NCBI GenBank assembly: GCA_964636655.1 | Contig: CAZWTK010000013.1 | Coordinates: 27,280-51,279 of the forward strand | Origin: an uncultured Gaiellales bacterium | GTDB taxonomy: Bacteria; Actinomycetota; Thermoleophilia; Gaiellales; Gaiellaceae | Direction: 5' to 3' | DNA: 24,000 bases | In this document: one piece after another, positions 15,211 through 23,049 of the stretch | Layout of the letters: each line of letters starts with the position of its first letter | Position numbering within the stretch: the first letter of the stretch is position 1 | The notes under the pieces: generated by a model | Database searches by the model: none | What the model saw: only the letters and a program-made list of their open reading frames with translations | Told to the model about the DNA's origin: nothing | Translations under genes and position numbers: made by a program

Positions 15211-15835
15211 CGAGGTAGCCTGCCGCATCGGCCGGATCGGCGAGCCGGGGTACGTGCGCCAGCACGCGCACACCCGAGCCCGCGCCGTAGGCGGCGGCTT
15301 CGATCAGCGCCGCGTTGTCGGCCGTGCTCGCGTCGCTCTTTCCGTTCAGGATGACGCCCGCGAGCTCGAGCCCACGCGCCCGCGCCGCCTCGATCGTGAG
15401 CAGGGTGTGATTGACCGTGCCCAGCCCCGCTCGCGCGACGACGACGAGCGGCAGCCCTAGCGCTACGGCCAGGTCGGCCATGTCGAGGTCTTCGGCGAGC
15501 GGTACCAGCAGTCCGCCCGCCCCCTCGACCAGCAGGATCTCGTGCTCACGCGCGAGCTCCCGAGCCCGCTCCACGATCGGCTCCAGCGCGATCGTCCGAC
15601 CCTCCGCGCGGGCGGCAACCAGCGGAGCCAGCGAAGCGGCGAAGGCATAGACGCAGTCGGCGCCGAGCAGGGCAGCGTCGCCGGAAGGATCGTCGGCCAG
15701 GGCGCCGCTCTGCACCGGCTTGAAGACGGCGACGTCGCGCCCGCGCTCCCTGAGCGCCGCGGCCAGTGCCGCCGTCACGAACGTCTTTCCGACACCGGTG
15801 TCGGTGGCGGTGACGAAGTAACCGCGCCCGTTCAT
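15194..15835 (-). CDS. bioD: Dethiobiotin synthetase
   Basis: 213 aa. P-loop 'TATDTGVGKTFVTAAL' and 'LLVEGAGGLLVP' are present. ATG follows GAGG with a 6-nt spacer. Confidence 0.9.
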   Translation of the reverse strand: MNGRGYFVTATDTGVGKTFVTAALAAALRERGRDVAVFKPVQSGALADDPSGDAALLGADCVYAFAASLAPLVAARAEGRTIALEPIVERARELAREHEILLVEGAGGLLVPLAEDLDMADLAVALGLPLVVVARAGLGTVNHTLLTIEAARARGLELAGVILNGKSDASTADNAALIEAAAYGAGSGVRVLAHVPRLADPADAAGYLDDLLE

Positions 15836-15911
15836 CGAGTACCTCGAGACAGATTCGGTACGAAGTCGGCGAATTCCGGTGCACGCTTCTTCGATACCGT
15901 GTCACGCCCCG

Positions 15912-15936
15912 TGGGTGGGTGGGGGGAGGAGGGTGG
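15912..15936 (+). other. G-tract cluster (G-quadruplex-capable) in the bioB-bioD spacer; C-rich on the bio mRNA
   Basis: TGGGTGGGTGGGGGGAGGAGGGTGG has at least four G3 or longer runs with 1-nt loops between the first three. It lies on the template strand for the minus-strand bio genes. Confidence 0.5.
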
Positions 15937-15989
15937 ATTAGCGAGGCGCTCGGAACTCCGAGAAACGCGAATCGCACCCAGTCGACGAG

Positions 15990-17018
15990 TCATTTTTTCG
16001 ATTCGAGCTCAGCGCTCGCCGCGCCGACCGGCTCGATCTCGAAGCCGAGCTCCTCGATCATTCGCCAGTCGTCCTCGGGAGCCTGGCCCGGCTCGGTCAG
16101 GTAGTCGGCGACGAAGATCGAGTTGGCCGGATAGAGGGCCAGCGGCTGCAGCGAGCCCAGATGCACCTCGCGCCCGGCGGCCAGACGGATCTCGCGCTCG
16201 GGGCAGGCGAGCCGGAACATGCAGAGCGCCTTCAGGCAGTAGCGGGGATCGAGCCCGGGGTCGTGGTCTGCGAACGGCGTGCCCTCGATCGGCAGCAGGA
16301 AGTTGACCGGAATCGAGTCGGCGCCCGAGTCTCTGAGCGCAAAGCAGGCCTGGGCGAGCTGCTCTCGCGTCTCGCCGAGCCCCACGATCAGTCCCGAGCA
16401 GGGCGACAGGCCGGCCCCGGCAACGGTCTCGACCGTTCGCGCCCGGTCGGCGTGGCTGTGGGTCGTGCAGATCTCGGGATAGAGGCTCTCGGCCGTATTC
16501 AGGTTGTGGTTGTAGCGGTCGATGCCCGACTCCCTGAGCGCTCCGGCCTGCTCGGAGGAGATCTCACCCAGGCAGGCGCATAGCTTGAGACCCGGGTGGC
16601 GCTGCTTGATCTCCTCGGCCGCCTCGGCCACGCCGCGCAGTTCGCGCGCCGATGGCTTGAGACCGCTCGTGACCATGCAGCAGGTCGAAGCCTTGAGCTC
16701 GAGCGCCCGTTCGGCCGCCTCGACCAGCTCCTGCTTGGAGAGAAGCTGGTGGCGCGGGATCTCCGCCGTCGAGACGCGCGACTGCGAGCAGTAGCCGCAG
16801 TCCTCGCCGCAGTGCCCGCTCTTGGCGTTGACCAGGAAGTTGAGCCGGACGCGAGTTCCGAAGTAGCGGCGGCGGACGCGGAAGGCGGCGGCAAGCAGGT
16901 CGACGAGCTCCTCGTCGGGCGCCGCGAGCACTCTGAGCGCCTGCTCGAGAGTGAGCTGCTCACCAGCGAGCGCCTGCTCGGCCAGCGAATCCCAGCGCGT
17001 CTCAGACATCGGCGCCAT
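15990..17018 (-). CDS. bioB: Biotin synthase (radical SAM)
   Basis: 342 aa. Shows the CxxxCxxC motif 'HCGEDCGYCSQS', 'YNHNLNT' and 'CSGLIVGLGET'. The start is ATG 17018 or ATG 17009; either overlaps the bioA stop (17002). Confidence 0.95.
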   Translation of the reverse strand: MAPMSETRWDSLAEQALAGEQLTLEQALRVLAAPDEELVDLLAAAFRVRRRYFGTRVRLNFLVNAKSGHCGEDCGYCSQSRVSTAEIPRHQLLSKQELVEAAERALELKASTCCMVTSGLKPSARELRGVAEAAEEIKQRHPGLKLCACLGEISSEQAGALRESGIDRYNHNLNTAESLYPEICTTHSHADRARTVETVAGAGLSPCSGLIVGLGETREQLAQACFALRDSGADSIPVNFLLPIEGTPFADHDPGLDPRYCLKALCMFRLACPEREIRLAAGREVHLGSLQPLALYPANSIFVADYLTEPGQAPEDDWRMIEELGFEIEPVGAASAELESKK

Positions 17019-18285
17019 TCTCGCCGACGGCGGCGATCGCCTGCTCCAACGCCGAGACGATTCGCTCCAGCTCCTCGCTCGTGATCGTCAGCGGCGGTAC
17101 CAGTGGGACCACCTGACCCAGCGAGCGCAGTAGGACTCCTCTTCGCACCGCTTCGCAGCAGACGTCTCGTGCCGAGAGCCAGGGCGCCAGCTCCACTCCC
17201 CCGAGCAGCCCGCATAGCCGCACGTCGGTCACCGCGCGCAGGGGCGCGATGCGCTCGCCCAGCATCTGTCCCAGCTCCTGCGAGCGCGCTTCCACGTTCG
17301 CCAGCACGTTCCACTCGGCAAGCAGCTCGAGGTGCCTGGAGGCGACCGCGGCCGCGAGCGCGTTGCCGCCGTAGGAGTGACCGTGGTAGAAGGTTCTGGG
17401 CCCCAGATCCTCGCCCATGAAGGCCAGGAAGACGCGCCCACTTGCCACGGTCACCGACATCGGCAGATAGCCGCCGGTGATGCCCTTGCCGAGCACCAGT
17501 AGATCGGGCTGGATGCCGCAGCGGCGCGAGGCAAAGAGACTGCCCGTGCGCCCGAACCCGGTTGCCACCTCGTCGCAGATCAAGAGCACCCCGTTCTCGC
17601 GGCAGCACTCCGCCAGCATGCGCACCTCGTCGGGGTGCGCCATCTGCATGCCTCCAGCGGCCTGCACGAGCGGCTCGATCACGACCGCAGCCAGCCGCTC
17701 GGCGCTCGATGCGATCATGCCGCAAGCCTGCTCGGCCCAGCCCGGGGTGGCGTATCCGGCGGCGCGCAGCACCGGGAAGCGAAGCCGGTCGAAGTGCTCG
17801 CTGTGGAATCCGTCCCCGAGCGAGAGGGCGCCGACCGTGTCGCCGTGGTAGGCGTCTCGCAGGGCGAGGAAGCCCGACTTCTGATCGAGGCCGATGTTGC
17901 GCCAGTACTGCACGGCGCACTTGAGCGCCTGCTCCACCGCCGAGGCGCCGTCCGAGGCGAAGAGAAAGTGTGGATCGTTGAGCGGCACGACCCGGGCAAG
18001 CGCCTCGCAAAGCTCGACGACCGCCCGGTTGCCGTTCCCGAGCAGAGTCGTGTGCGCGACCTTGCCGAGCTGATCGGTCAGCGCCGCGTCGAGATCCGGA
18101 ACACGGTGGCCGAGCGTCGTCACCCAGAGCGAGGAGATAGCGTCGAGATAGCGCCTTCCCTGGCTGTCGATCAGCTCGCGCCCTTCGGCTCGATCGACGA
18201 TCACGGGCTCCTGCAAGGGGAAGGTGGCCATCTGGGTGAAGCCGTGCCATACCCTGGTCGCGTCGCGCTCGATCCAGTCGCTCAT
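17002..18285 (-). CDS. bioA: Adenosylmethionine-8-amino-7-oxononanoate aminotransferase
   Basis: Lies in track ORF 17002..18402. Shows 'VWHGFTQM', 'SSLWVTTLGH', 'LICDEVATGFGRTG' and the PLP lysine in 'LVLGKGITGGYLPM'. The ATG at 18285 ('MSDWIERD') gives an N-terminal length like E. coli or B. subtilis BioA. The ATG at 18327 (AAAGGAG, 9-nt spacer) is an alternative. Confidence 0.9.
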   Translation of the reverse strand: MSDWIERDATRVWHGFTQMATFPLQEPVIVDRAEGRELIDSQGRRYLDAISSLWVTTLGHRVPDLDAALTDQLGKVAHTTLLGNGNRAVVELCEALARVVPLNDPHFLFASDGASAVEQALKCAVQYWRNIGLDQKSGFLALRDAYHGDTVGALSLGDGFHSEHFDRLRFPVLRAAGYATPGWAEQACGMIASSAERLAAVVIEPLVQAAGGMQMAHPDEVRMLAECCRENGVLLICDEVATGFGRTGSLFASRRCGIQPDLLVLGKGITGGYLPMSVTVASGRVFLAFMGEDLGPRTFYHGHSYGGNALAAAVASRHLELLAEWNVLANVEARSQELGQMLGERIAPLRAVTDVRLCGLLGGVELAPWLSARDVCCEAVRRGVLLRSLGQVVPLVPPLTITSEELERIVSALEQAIAAVGENGADV

Positions 18286-18325
18286 ACCGGCAGCGTATCG
18301 ACGCGCTTCGCTAGGCTGCGGCTCC

Positions 18326-19432
18326 ATGGGCGTGATCTCCTTTGCACGCGGCGCTCCGGCGCCCGAATGTCTTGCCGTCGATCTCCTGGCCGAGTGCGCC
18401 AAGGGGGCGGTCGAGCGCGACGGAACCGCCGTTCTCTCGTACGGCAGCGGGCTTGGCTACGCGCCGCTGAGGGAGTGGCTGGGCGAGCGTTACGGGATCG
18501 ATCCCGGTCAGATCCTGCTCACCAACGGCTCGCTCCAGGGCTTCGTCTATCTGGCCCAGCACTTCTTCTGGAGCGGCATCGGCGGCCGCGTGCTGGTCGA
18601 GGCGCCGAGCTACGACCGCCCGCTTTTGATTCTGCGCAACCACGGCGTCGAGGTGAGCACGGTCGAGATGGACGACGAGGGGCTCGACCCCGACGCGCTC
18701 GAGCGCGAGCTGAAGCGCGGGCCCAAGCCGGCCTTCCTCTACACGATTCCCACCTTCCAGAATCCGAGCGGGCGCACGCTTTCGGTCGAGCGCCGCAAGC
18801 GCATCGTCGAGCTGGCGCACGAGCACGACCTGCTGGTGCTCGAGGACGATCCCTACGGTTTCGTTCGCTACGAAGGCACCGCGCCGCCGACCATGTTCGA
18901 GATCGAGGGCTCGGTCGCCAGCCAGATTGCCCACACCTCCTCGTTCTCGAAGACGATCTCGCCGGGGCTTCGCGTCGGCTATCTGATCCTGCCCAAGCCG
19001 CTGCTCGAACCGCTCGAGCTGATCGCCACCTCGACCACCATCTCGCCCTCGAATCTGCCCGCGGCGACGGTCTACGAGTTTGTACGCCGCGGTTACTTCG
19101 AGCCCAACCTGGAGCGGATGAACGGCCTTCTGCGCGGGCGCAGAGACGCGATGTTGAGCGCGCTCGAGCGCCAGTTCGGCGACAGCGCGAGCTGGAGCCG
19201 ACCGGAGGGTGGCTATTTCAACTGGCTCGACCTGCCCGAGGGTGTCGACGCGGGCGAGCTTTTGACACGGGCGACCGAGGCCGGCGTCACCTACTGCAAG
19301 GGCACCGACTTCTATCCCGACGGCCGAGGCGCCGGCTCGCTCCGTCTCGCCTACAGCTCGCCCTTGCCCGAGGAGATCGAGCACGGCGTCGCGATCCTGG
19401 CCGAGTTGGCCAGGGATATGCAGAGCGCCTGA
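18326..19432 (+). CDS. PLP-dependent aminotransferase, class I/II (2-aminoadipate/aromatic aminotransferase-like)
   Basis: Lies in track ORF 18224..19432. The family-typical N-terminus 'ISFARGAPAPE' begins at the in-frame ATG 18326. Shows 'LYTIPTFQNPSGRT', 'LEDDPYG' and the PLP lysine in 'SSFSKTISPGLRVGY'. Substrate is not assignable. Confidence 0.85.
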   Translation: MGVISFARGAPAPECLAVDLLAECAKGAVERDGTAVLSYGSGLGYAPLREWLGERYGIDPGQILLTNGSLQGFVYLAQHFFWSGIGGRVLVEAPSYDRPLLILRNHGVEVSTVEMDDEGLDPDALERELKRGPKPAFLYTIPTFQNPSGRTLSVERRKRIVELAHEHDLLVLEDDPYGFVRYEGTAPPTMFEIEGSVASQIAHTSSFSKTISPGLRVGYLILPKPLLEPLELIATSTTISPSNLPAATVYEFVRRGYFEPNLERMNGLLRGRRDAMLSALERQFGDSASWSRPEGGYFNWLDLPEGVDAGELLTRATEAGVTYCKGTDFYPDGRGAGSLRLAYSSPLPEEIEHGVAILAELARDMQSA

Positions 19433-19441
19433 GCGCGCCGG

Positions 19442-19789
19442 TTAGAGCTTCCCGGCCTGCCCGGCCTGCTCGGCCTGCCATTCCAGCTCGGCGCGCTTCG
19501 CCTTTCGATGCCGGTGCACTTGCGAGAGCAAGACGCCGCTCACCAACCCGAGCACGAAGCAGAGCAGGATCAGCCAGATCTTGGAGACGTTGATCGAGGT
19601 GAACAGAAACGAGATCTTGACCTTGGAGGAGTTGGCGACCACCAGCGCGATGCCGTAGCCGACGAAGACGAGGAGGAGGATCAGCTTCGACCAGAGCTGG
19701 GGCTGCCAGGCCTCATCCGGCTCCGGGCTTTTCAGCTCGCCGCTCTCGCCGACCGGCGCCTGCGCTTTCTCGGACTCGTTCTCGTTCAT
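19442..19789 (-). CDS. LapA-domain (DUF1049-like) small membrane protein
   Basis: 115 aa. Two TM helices flank 'ANSSKVKISFLFTSINVSKIW', followed by the basic 'HRHRKAKRAE'. This layout is typical of LapA_dom proteins. Confidence 0.65.
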   Translation of the reverse strand: MNENESEKAQAPVGESGELKSPEPDEAWQPQLWSKLILLLVFVGYGIALVVANSSKVKISFLFTSINVSKIWLILLCFVLGLVSGVLLSQVHRHRKAKRAELEWQAEQAGQAGKL

Positions 19790-19881
19790 GGAGGGAGTCT
19801 AAACGCTCGCCCGGCGTGGAGCGAAAAGGCAGAGCCAACGGGTGAGGTACCGCAGCACGGGAGCGTCCCGGCCGGCTCGGG

Positions 19882-20073
19882 CTAGACGACGGCGTGCTCG
19901 TGCGCCAGTGTGGCCAGCGGGTGAGCGGCGCGATGCGACAATGGGTGCGGGGGCATCTGCGAAGCCTTGATGCTGTACCTGAAGGTCGGGCACGGCTCGT
20001 CGCAGCGAAGCGCACAGAGCCCTGCCCCATGGAAGTAGCAATTACTGCACGTTACATCGATGTTTTTGCTCAT
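19882..20073 (-). CDS. Small Cys/His-rich protein (63 aa), unknown function
   Basis: ATG start follows AAGAGGGG. Sequence reads 'TCSNCYFHGAGLCALRCDEPCPTF' (C-x2-C-x7-C-x3-C-x3-C), then 'HPLSHRAAHPLATLAHEH'. It has its own AT-richer upstream region with a promoter-like site. I recognise no family. Confidence 0.5.
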   Translation of the reverse strand: MSKNIDVTCSNCYFHGAGLCALRCDEPCPTFRYSIKASQMPPHPLSHRAAHPLATLAHEHAVV

Positions 20074-20117
20074 GCCCCTCTTTTGCTCTAGCTGCGGCGA
20101 CCCGGTTACAAGCCTGG

Positions 20118-20145
20118 ATGATAAGGGCTAGTCCGAGATAGACAA
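20118..20145 (-). promoter_or_regulatory. Candidate sigma-70-type promoter for the small Cys-rich ORF
   Basis: The minus strand reads TTGTCT-N16-TATCAT (+ coordinates 20140-20145 and 20118-20123), about 45 nt upstream of the ATG at 20073. Confidence 0.35.
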
Positions 20146-20159
20146 GGGCTCGGAAAGCT

Positions 20160-20180
20160 AAAAAAGCCGCAATTTGCGGC
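20160..20180 (-). terminator. Intrinsic terminator downstream of the PDZ-Lon peptidase gene
   Basis: The minus strand reads GCCGCA-aat-TGCGGC followed by TTTTTT, about 30 nt after the TAG at 20210-20212. The stem is short (6 bp). Confidence 0.45.
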
Positions 20181-20209
20181 CGATTCGATATTGCCAAAAG
20201 GGATGATAA

Positions 20210-21235
20210 CTAGCGTTTTCGCTCGGCTGTTGCCAGGGCATGCAACGCCTGTTGAAAACTCTTTACCGGAATGATCTTCATAGTGCCTGCATAGCGCTTC
20301 GCCTCGTCCGCGTTATCCCCAGCGGGGACGAGCATGATCTGAATTCCGGCGCGCCGCGCACCGATGACCTTCTGCTTGACGCCCCCGATCGGCTCGATGC
20401 TGCCGTCGAGGAGCAGCTCGCCGGTAGCCGCGATTCGGTAGCCGTGATCGATGTCGCTGCCCAGCTTGTCGGTCAGCTCGAGCGCGAAGGCCAGCCCGGC
20501 CGACGGCCCACCGACGTTGCCGGCGTCGATCGTGATCCCGATCCCGCTGGGGAGCTCGATGCTTGCCGCCTGGGTTATGGCGACACCGATCAGCGTGACA
20601 TGCGGCGGGGTCGGCGAGGCGAAGGTGCGCAGCGACACGGTGTGCTCACGGCCGTTGCGAATGAAGGTGATGCGAACGCGCTCTCCGGCCCGGTGCCGGG
20701 TGACCAGCGCGCGCAGCCGCTCGTACTTCGTGGTCGCCTCGCCGTCGACGGCCGTGATCACGTCGCCCGGCAGCAACTTGTTCGAAGCGGCCGTGCCCGC
20801 TACCGCCTGCTGCACCAACGCGCCGCGCGGGTGAACGACGACGTCATAGCCGAGCCTGCGCAGGGCGACGGCCTTGGCAATCCTCTTCGACAGCGCCATC
20901 GAGGCCGCGTCGATGCGCGCGCGCTGTTTGTCGCTGATGTTGCTGGGCCCGATCTCCTGCCGGGAGACGAGCGTGGCGTCGCGGCGCAGGAAAGGCAGGT
21001 AGCGCTCGGCCAGGGTCGCTCGCCGCTGGATCACGTCCACGAAGTAGATGCCGCCCTTGTCGGCCTTTCGCGGCTCCTTGACCTTGATGAGCGGCGCCAG
21101 GGCGTGCGGCTTGTCCGGCAGCAGCAGGAAGGAGCTCGAGTAGGTGAGCTGGGCGTAGACGAAGAGGGCGACGAGAGCGAGAAGGAGCGCTCCGGCCACC
21201 GACGCAAGCGCCTTTACGAGCATTCGTGGTTTCAT
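20210..21235 (-). CDS. Membrane-anchored PDZ domain + Lon-type (S16) serine peptidase (YlbL-like)
   Basis: 341 aa. N-terminal TM is 'LASVAGALLLALVALFVYA'. PDZ segment is 'LLPGDVITAVDGE'. The Lon_C catalytic Ser lies in 'NVGGPSAGLAFALEL' and the Lys in 'IGGVKQKVIGA'. Confidence 0.85.
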   Translation of the reverse strand: MKPRMLVKALASVAGALLLALVALFVYAQLTYSSSFLLLPDKPHALAPLIKVKEPRKADKGGIYFVDVIQRRATLAERYLPFLRRDATLVSRQEIGPSNISDKQRARIDAASMALSKRIAKAVALRRLGYDVVVHPRGALVQQAVAGTAASNKLLPGDVITAVDGEATTKYERLRALVTRHRAGERVRITFIRNGREHTVSLRTFASPTPPHVTLIGVAITQAASIELPSGIGITIDAGNVGGPSAGLAFALELTDKLGSDIDHGYRIAATGELLLDGSIEPIGGVKQKVIGARRAGIQIMLVPAGDNADEAKRYAGTMKIIPVKSFQQALHALATAERKR

Positions 21236-21292
21236 CGAGAACGAGGATACAGACGCCGCTCGGCCCCACCGGAGCGGCCGAGCGCGCGCCGG

Positions 21293-22039
21293 CTAGAGCA
21301 GTCCGCGGCCGGCGCCGCCGTCCACCGGAATCAGCGTGCCGGTGACATAGCTGGCGGCGTCGGAGGCGAGGAAAGCGACCACGGCGGCGACCTCGTGCGG
21401 CTCGCCGAAGCGCCCGAGCGCGATCTGCGCCAGGTCGGCATCGGGCGAACGGGTCTTGTAGAGCTGCCCGAGGCGCTCGGTGGCGATCCGGCCGGGCGCG
21501 ATCGAGTTGACGGTGATCGCCTCGGGGCCCAGCTCGCGCGCGAGCGTCTTGGCCCAGCCGACCAGTCCGGGGCGGACGGCGTTCGAAAGGGCGAGATTCT
21601 CGATCGGCTCGCGCACGGCGGCCGATGCGATGTTGATGATTCTTCCCGCCTTGCTACGCCGCAGGTGCGGCAGGCAGAGGTTGGTCAGCCTGACCGCCGA
21701 GAAGAGCAGCAGCGTCAGCGCCTCCTCGAGCGCCTCGTCGTCGATCTCGAGCGCCGATCCGGCCGGAGGGCCGCCGCCGTTGTTGATCAGGATGTCGATG
21801 CCGCCGAAGGTGCTCGCCGTGCGCTCGACCAGGTTGCGCAGATCGCGTGGACTGGTCAGGTCGCCCTGTACGGCCAGCGCACCGATGCGATCGGCCTGGC
21901 GTTCCAGCAGCGTTCTGCGGCGGGCGAACATGCTGACGTTGGCACCCGCCTTGTCCAGCGTCTCGGCGATTGCCAGGCCCATGCCCGAGGAGGCGCCGCA
22001 GACGATTGCAGTCCTGCCTCGCAGATCTATCTCAAGCAT
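21293..22039 (-). CDS. SDR-family oxidoreductase, beta-ketoacyl reductase-like subgroup with non-canonical active-site residues
   Basis: 248 aa. Rossmann motif 'IVCGASSGMGLAIA' and 'ILINNGGGPP' are present. Where classical SDRs have YxxxK the sequence reads 'LALSNAVRPGLVGWAKTLAREL' (Ser and Arg at the Tyr and Lys positions by my alignment). The ATG overlaps the queF stop by 8 nt. Confidence 0.8.
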   Translation of the reverse strand: MLEIDLRGRTAIVCGASSGMGLAIAETLDKAGANVSMFARRRTLLERQADRIGALAVQGDLTSPRDLRNLVERTASTFGGIDILINNGGGPPAGSALEIDDEALEEALTLLLFSAVRLTNLCLPHLRRSKAGRIINIASAAVREPIENLALSNAVRPGLVGWAKTLARELGPEAITVNSIAPGRIATERLGQLYKTRSPDADLAQIALGRFGEPHEVAAVVAFLASDAASYVTGTLIPVDGGAGRGLL

Positions 22040-22442
22040 CGCCGGGTGGATTTTCTCCGAAACGGGCCCGAACGCGCGTGGTCAGCCCGCCGCGAACGTT
22101 GAAGAAGCACTCGACCTCGGCGAAGCGGGGCGCGGCCGCAGCCACGATCTCGTCGAGCACCGCACCTACGACCTCTTCCTGGAGGATCTTTCGCTGCCTG
22201 AACGAGGTCAGGAAGTCGCGCAGCGACTTCAGCTCGAGCAGTGCCTCGTTCGGGACGTAGCGGATGACCAGGCGACCGAAATCCGGCGCGCCGGTGAGCG
22301 GGCAGAGCGAGCTGAACTCCAGCGCCTCGAGCTCGATCTCGAGCCGCCGTTCGGGCTGAGTGCTCTTCAACGTATCGATCGTCAAGCTCTCGTCACACTC
22401 GCGTCTCGTGACTTCCGGCGTCTCGTCCTGAGGATTGAGCAC
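22032..22442 (-). CDS. queF: NADPH-dependent 7-cyano-7-deazaguanine (preQ0) reductase, unimodular type
   Basis: 136 aa. The catalytic Cys context is 'SLCPLTGAPDFG' and the QueF motif is 'LLELKSLRDFLTSFR'. The start is GTG. Confidence 0.85.
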   Translation of the reverse strand: MLNPQDETPEVTRRECDESLTIDTLKSTQPERRLEIELEALEFSSLCPLTGAPDFGRLVIRYVPNEALLELKSLRDFLTSFRQRKILQEEVVGAVLDEIVAAAAPRFAEVECFFNVRGGLTTRVRARFGENPPGDA

Positions 22443-22605
22443 TGTAGAGCGTTCGCGTATTACGCGGCCACCATCATAGCCAACCGCCTCGCAAATACCC
22501 GTACGAGCACGTGATAAGCGGGGTATTCGAGAGGATCGGCAAAGTTGTTATCGTGTGGCTCCCGGCAGCCCTTTGAACCGAGCAACCGGCACGATCGGAA
22601 TTCCC

Positions 22606-23049
22606 ATGAGTACCGACGATCTCTCGCCTATCGAGAGAGAAAAGATAGAAGAAGAAGTTCGAGAAGCATTCTCGAGCGTTGTCGGGGGATGCGAGCTTCT
22701 CGATGTGGATGCGGCGTTCGAAGTGTTTCTCGATTCTCCGGAGTTCGTGATGATCGGAGCGGATGGAACGCTGTGTGATTACCGACAGTACGTGGACAAC
22801 AACGTCTCCTATCTACGGACCTGTTCGAGCTTCAAGCTGACGACGCTGAACGAGCAGATAAGGGTTTACGATCGCCGCCTGGCGATCTTGTCTTGGATAT
22901 ACAAAGCAGAAGCGACTCTGAAAACCGGAGAGCGCGACCTGTTCGAGAGTGCGGGAGCAACCTTCGTGTTCGCCAAGATCGGCGAGGAATGGAAGGTCGT
23001 GCACTATCACGAGTCGGCGCTGCCGCCGACGAGGGTCCCCGGGGGTTAG
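22606..23049 (+). CDS. NTF2-like / SnoaL-DUF4440-type small protein
   Basis: Lies in track ORF 22555..23049. The in-frame ATG at 22606 gives 'MSTDDLSPIEREKIEEEVREAF'. The C-terminal 'GATFVFAKIGEEWKVVHYHES' is typical of DUF4440/SnoaL-like folds. It has visibly more A/T-ending codons than its neighbours. Confidence 0.6.
   Translation: MSTDDLSPIEREKIEEEVREAFSSVVGGCELLDVDAAFEVFLDSPEFVMIGADGTLCDYRQYVDNNVSYLRTCSSFKLTTLNEQIRVYDRRLAILSWIYKAEATLKTGERDLFESAGATFVFAKIGEEWKVVHYHESALPPTRVPGG

Noticed and set aside
21236-21292. Hairpin GCCGCTC...GAGCGGC between the SDR gene and the peptidase gene, considered as a possible terminator.
   Set aside because: No U-tract follows on the transcribed strand. It could be a U-less terminator or simply GC-rich spacer, so it is not called.
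22443-22605. Looked for a preQ1 riboswitch upstream of queF.
   Set aside because: I could not find the conserved preQ1-I/II features by eye, only a short CGCGTA-t-TACGCG palindrome. A covariance-model scan is needed to be certain.
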